This document shows positions 61,889 through 64,000 of a DNA stretch of 64,000 nt, one piece after another. Every line of letters starts with the position of its first letter. Within the stretch, counting starts at the first letter, position 1. The stretch lies in the NCBI RefSeq assembly GCF_018350175.1, contig NC_058368.1, forward strand, positions 61,258,001-61,322,000, read 5' to 3'. A program made the position numbers and the translations under genes. The notes under the pieces were generated by a model. It had not been told where the DNA came from. It ran no database searches and saw nothing but the letters and a program-made list of their open reading frames with translations. The stretch comes from Felis catus. Its lineage: Eukaryota.

Positions 61889-63261
61889 AGTATCCCAGAC
61901 TATATCAGATTTCCTGTGCTTTGTAATGTTCATAATCTTACATCTATTTGCAGTTTGATATATTATAGTAAACTTTTATAATAAGCAATTTCTGAAGACA
62001 CAATGAATGTGAGATTAATGAAAATTGGTGTCCCTGGTAAAGTATGTTGACCATAAGTAATGTATGTTTTGTAATTTTTACATTTTTATTTGATGCAAAA
62101 ACATCAATGCACTGCTGTTATCAGTGCCAATCACAAATATGTGTGTTTTCCTTTTTTATTTAGTGTCTTCATTTGTATATATAAATGCTTATCTAGAATA
62201 TATTGAATGAGAGCATATTTTATAGATATGTATCAGTTATCAGGCAAAAGGTTAAAACTATATTGTTTTTAAAAAACATTCTAAGTTAAATTTATTTCTT
62301 TTGGATCATTTTTTACTTTTGCATTTTTCATATTAAATGGGTCTTGATCCATTTTAATTTTTAAAAATTTTCAAAGTATCCCTGAAATAATTTAATGTAA
62401 TACTCAGAAATTCCTTAAATCATTAATTGGCCAGAGAAAAACTTCACTCCTGCCAGACTTTCTTGAATCCAAAATAATAGTTCAGGGAATATCTTCTACC
62501 AACCAACATATTGCTGAAGGGTGTCCACCTGCCAAACAGTGAAATGAAGTAACACATCTTGGCAAACTTTGAAAGGAGAAAAAGCTTCAAAAATTTGTAA
62601 ATGTATTTTATTATTTGAAGATACTTGGCACCTGTCATTTTTGTGTTGTTTCCTTTTTTTGTAGAAAAGAAGTTCCTTCCATGTCTGACAGCTTTCTCAA
62701 GGTCAGTGGAGTGATTCTTTTTTTTACAGTAGAATTTCACTTATTTTGATTTCTAAGAGGAAAAAAAAAATCAAGCCTCAGTGTGTATTCTCAGAGATTT
62801 GTGCCAGGTCTATTATCCGGCCCCACTTCTCAGAGATCCTTAACTCTGCTGGCCCTGAACATGGTTTACCAATGACAATGGTGCCAGTGAACAGAACTGA
62901 GGTAAAGGAAATTGATTAAGTCTTGCAATTAGTAGAATAGGCTCCAGCTAGCACTGCAATAGAGTATATATCGAGGTATTTGGACTGAGATCAAATCTTA
63001 ATATCAGGTCTTAATATCTTAAGACCTCTACGAAATGGCCTGGTCTGGAAGGTTATGCAAAAATTTCTAGGATGAGGACTAACTTATGGGCATTTGAATG
63101 TTTGAGGTAGTGAGGTGAGAGGAAATCATAATTCATGAGCTATTTTCAAACCAGAGAAGTATTAGAATATGCAAATAAATGTATATGAATGAGAAAGAGT
63201 TTCATGTGATGTGAAATTTTGAAATGTGATTTTACAGTTTGACCTTAATTCAAGTATGTTT

Positions 63262-63347
63262 ATGTATGTGTATATTATATATATATATAATATTATGTTA
63301 TGTTATATTATATTATTTATGTAACACACACACACAAATATATATAA
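63262..63347 (+). repeat. AT-rich (TA)/(CA) simple repeat
   Basis: Direct reading. Confidence 0.8.
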
Positions 63348-64000
63348 ACAAAGCATGTCTTTATTGTAAAATAAGAATGTCACTAACCTATATTTGGGAT
63401 TTACATTTTTATTAATCCTTGGTTATAATGAAATTAGGTTAATAAGTGTTGTTCTATAGCTTCTGGAGTGACATGTTTGTAACAATGTAGGATCAGATGA
63501 GTAAACTGAGAATGATGAATATTCATTTTCAGGTGTTTTTCACTATTACATTAAAAAATATAATATTCCACCAAGTGGGTTATTACTGAAGTTCTTATGC
63601 TAAAAATTAAATACTTAATAATGACATCTATCTGGTACTTTTGACATATATGAGTATCTTCAGTAGCCTCAAGATACAATCTGAAATTATCAAAACATGA
63701 AAAAAAATTATAGGACTAAAATACAGAGACATAGATACAAGTAAAGAAGCAACCTAAAACTGAGGTTATTTGGTTTGACACCTCTCTTGTCTAGTCTGAT
63801 TGGTTTATATGTCATAATTATTTCTTATTGTTTCTTAAAAGATTATTACTGCAAATATCATAAAATGATAAATAACCCTAGAAGTTCCCAATAGTAGAAG
63901 CAGACATGTTAAACATGGAATTGTTTTAAAAGTCTTTGGTTAAAGACCTTCTAGATACTGTGTGGAAACCAGCTCAGATCAGATCAGCAGACACAATTAT

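Noticed and set aside
1..64000. CRISPR arrays, prokaryotic operons, numts, non-retroviral endogenous viral elements, processed pseudogenes
   Set aside because: No regularly spaced repeat-spacer array, long ORF, or mitochondrial or viral signature seen by eye. Highly decayed copies cannot be excluded without tBLASTn.

Overview
AT-rich mammalian genomic DNA from a carnivore, almost certainly a felid: it carries 29 tRNA-derived Can-SINEs, several of the young cat-type SINEC_Fc form. I find no supportable protein-coding gene, RNA gene or CpG-island promoter, so the window looks like deep intron or gene desert. The interpretable ORFs in the track are fragments of L1 ORF2 or ERV-L gag/pro, SINE read-throughs, or low-complexity artefacts, and I recognise none of the rest. 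The main landmarks are (i) a decayed full-length ~6.1 kb carnivore L1 (52709-58811, minus), (ii) a 3'-truncated ERV-L provirus with MLT2-type 5' LTR, PBS, gag, protease and part of RT (44731-47966, minus) abutting a ~3.6 kb old L1MB fragment, and (iii) many MaLR/ERV solo LTRs, hAT DNA-transposon relics, MIR/L2 fragments and microsatellites. I did not find a new biological system. The points worth a second look are nested or repeated use of the same retrotransposition target sites, an in-register GGC>TGC>TTC compound repeat, an 84-bp duplication with a templated linker, and a few weak exon/enhancer candidates. Repeat subfamily names come from recalled consensus sequences. Boundaries of old elements are approximate and need RepeatMasker/Dfam confirmation.
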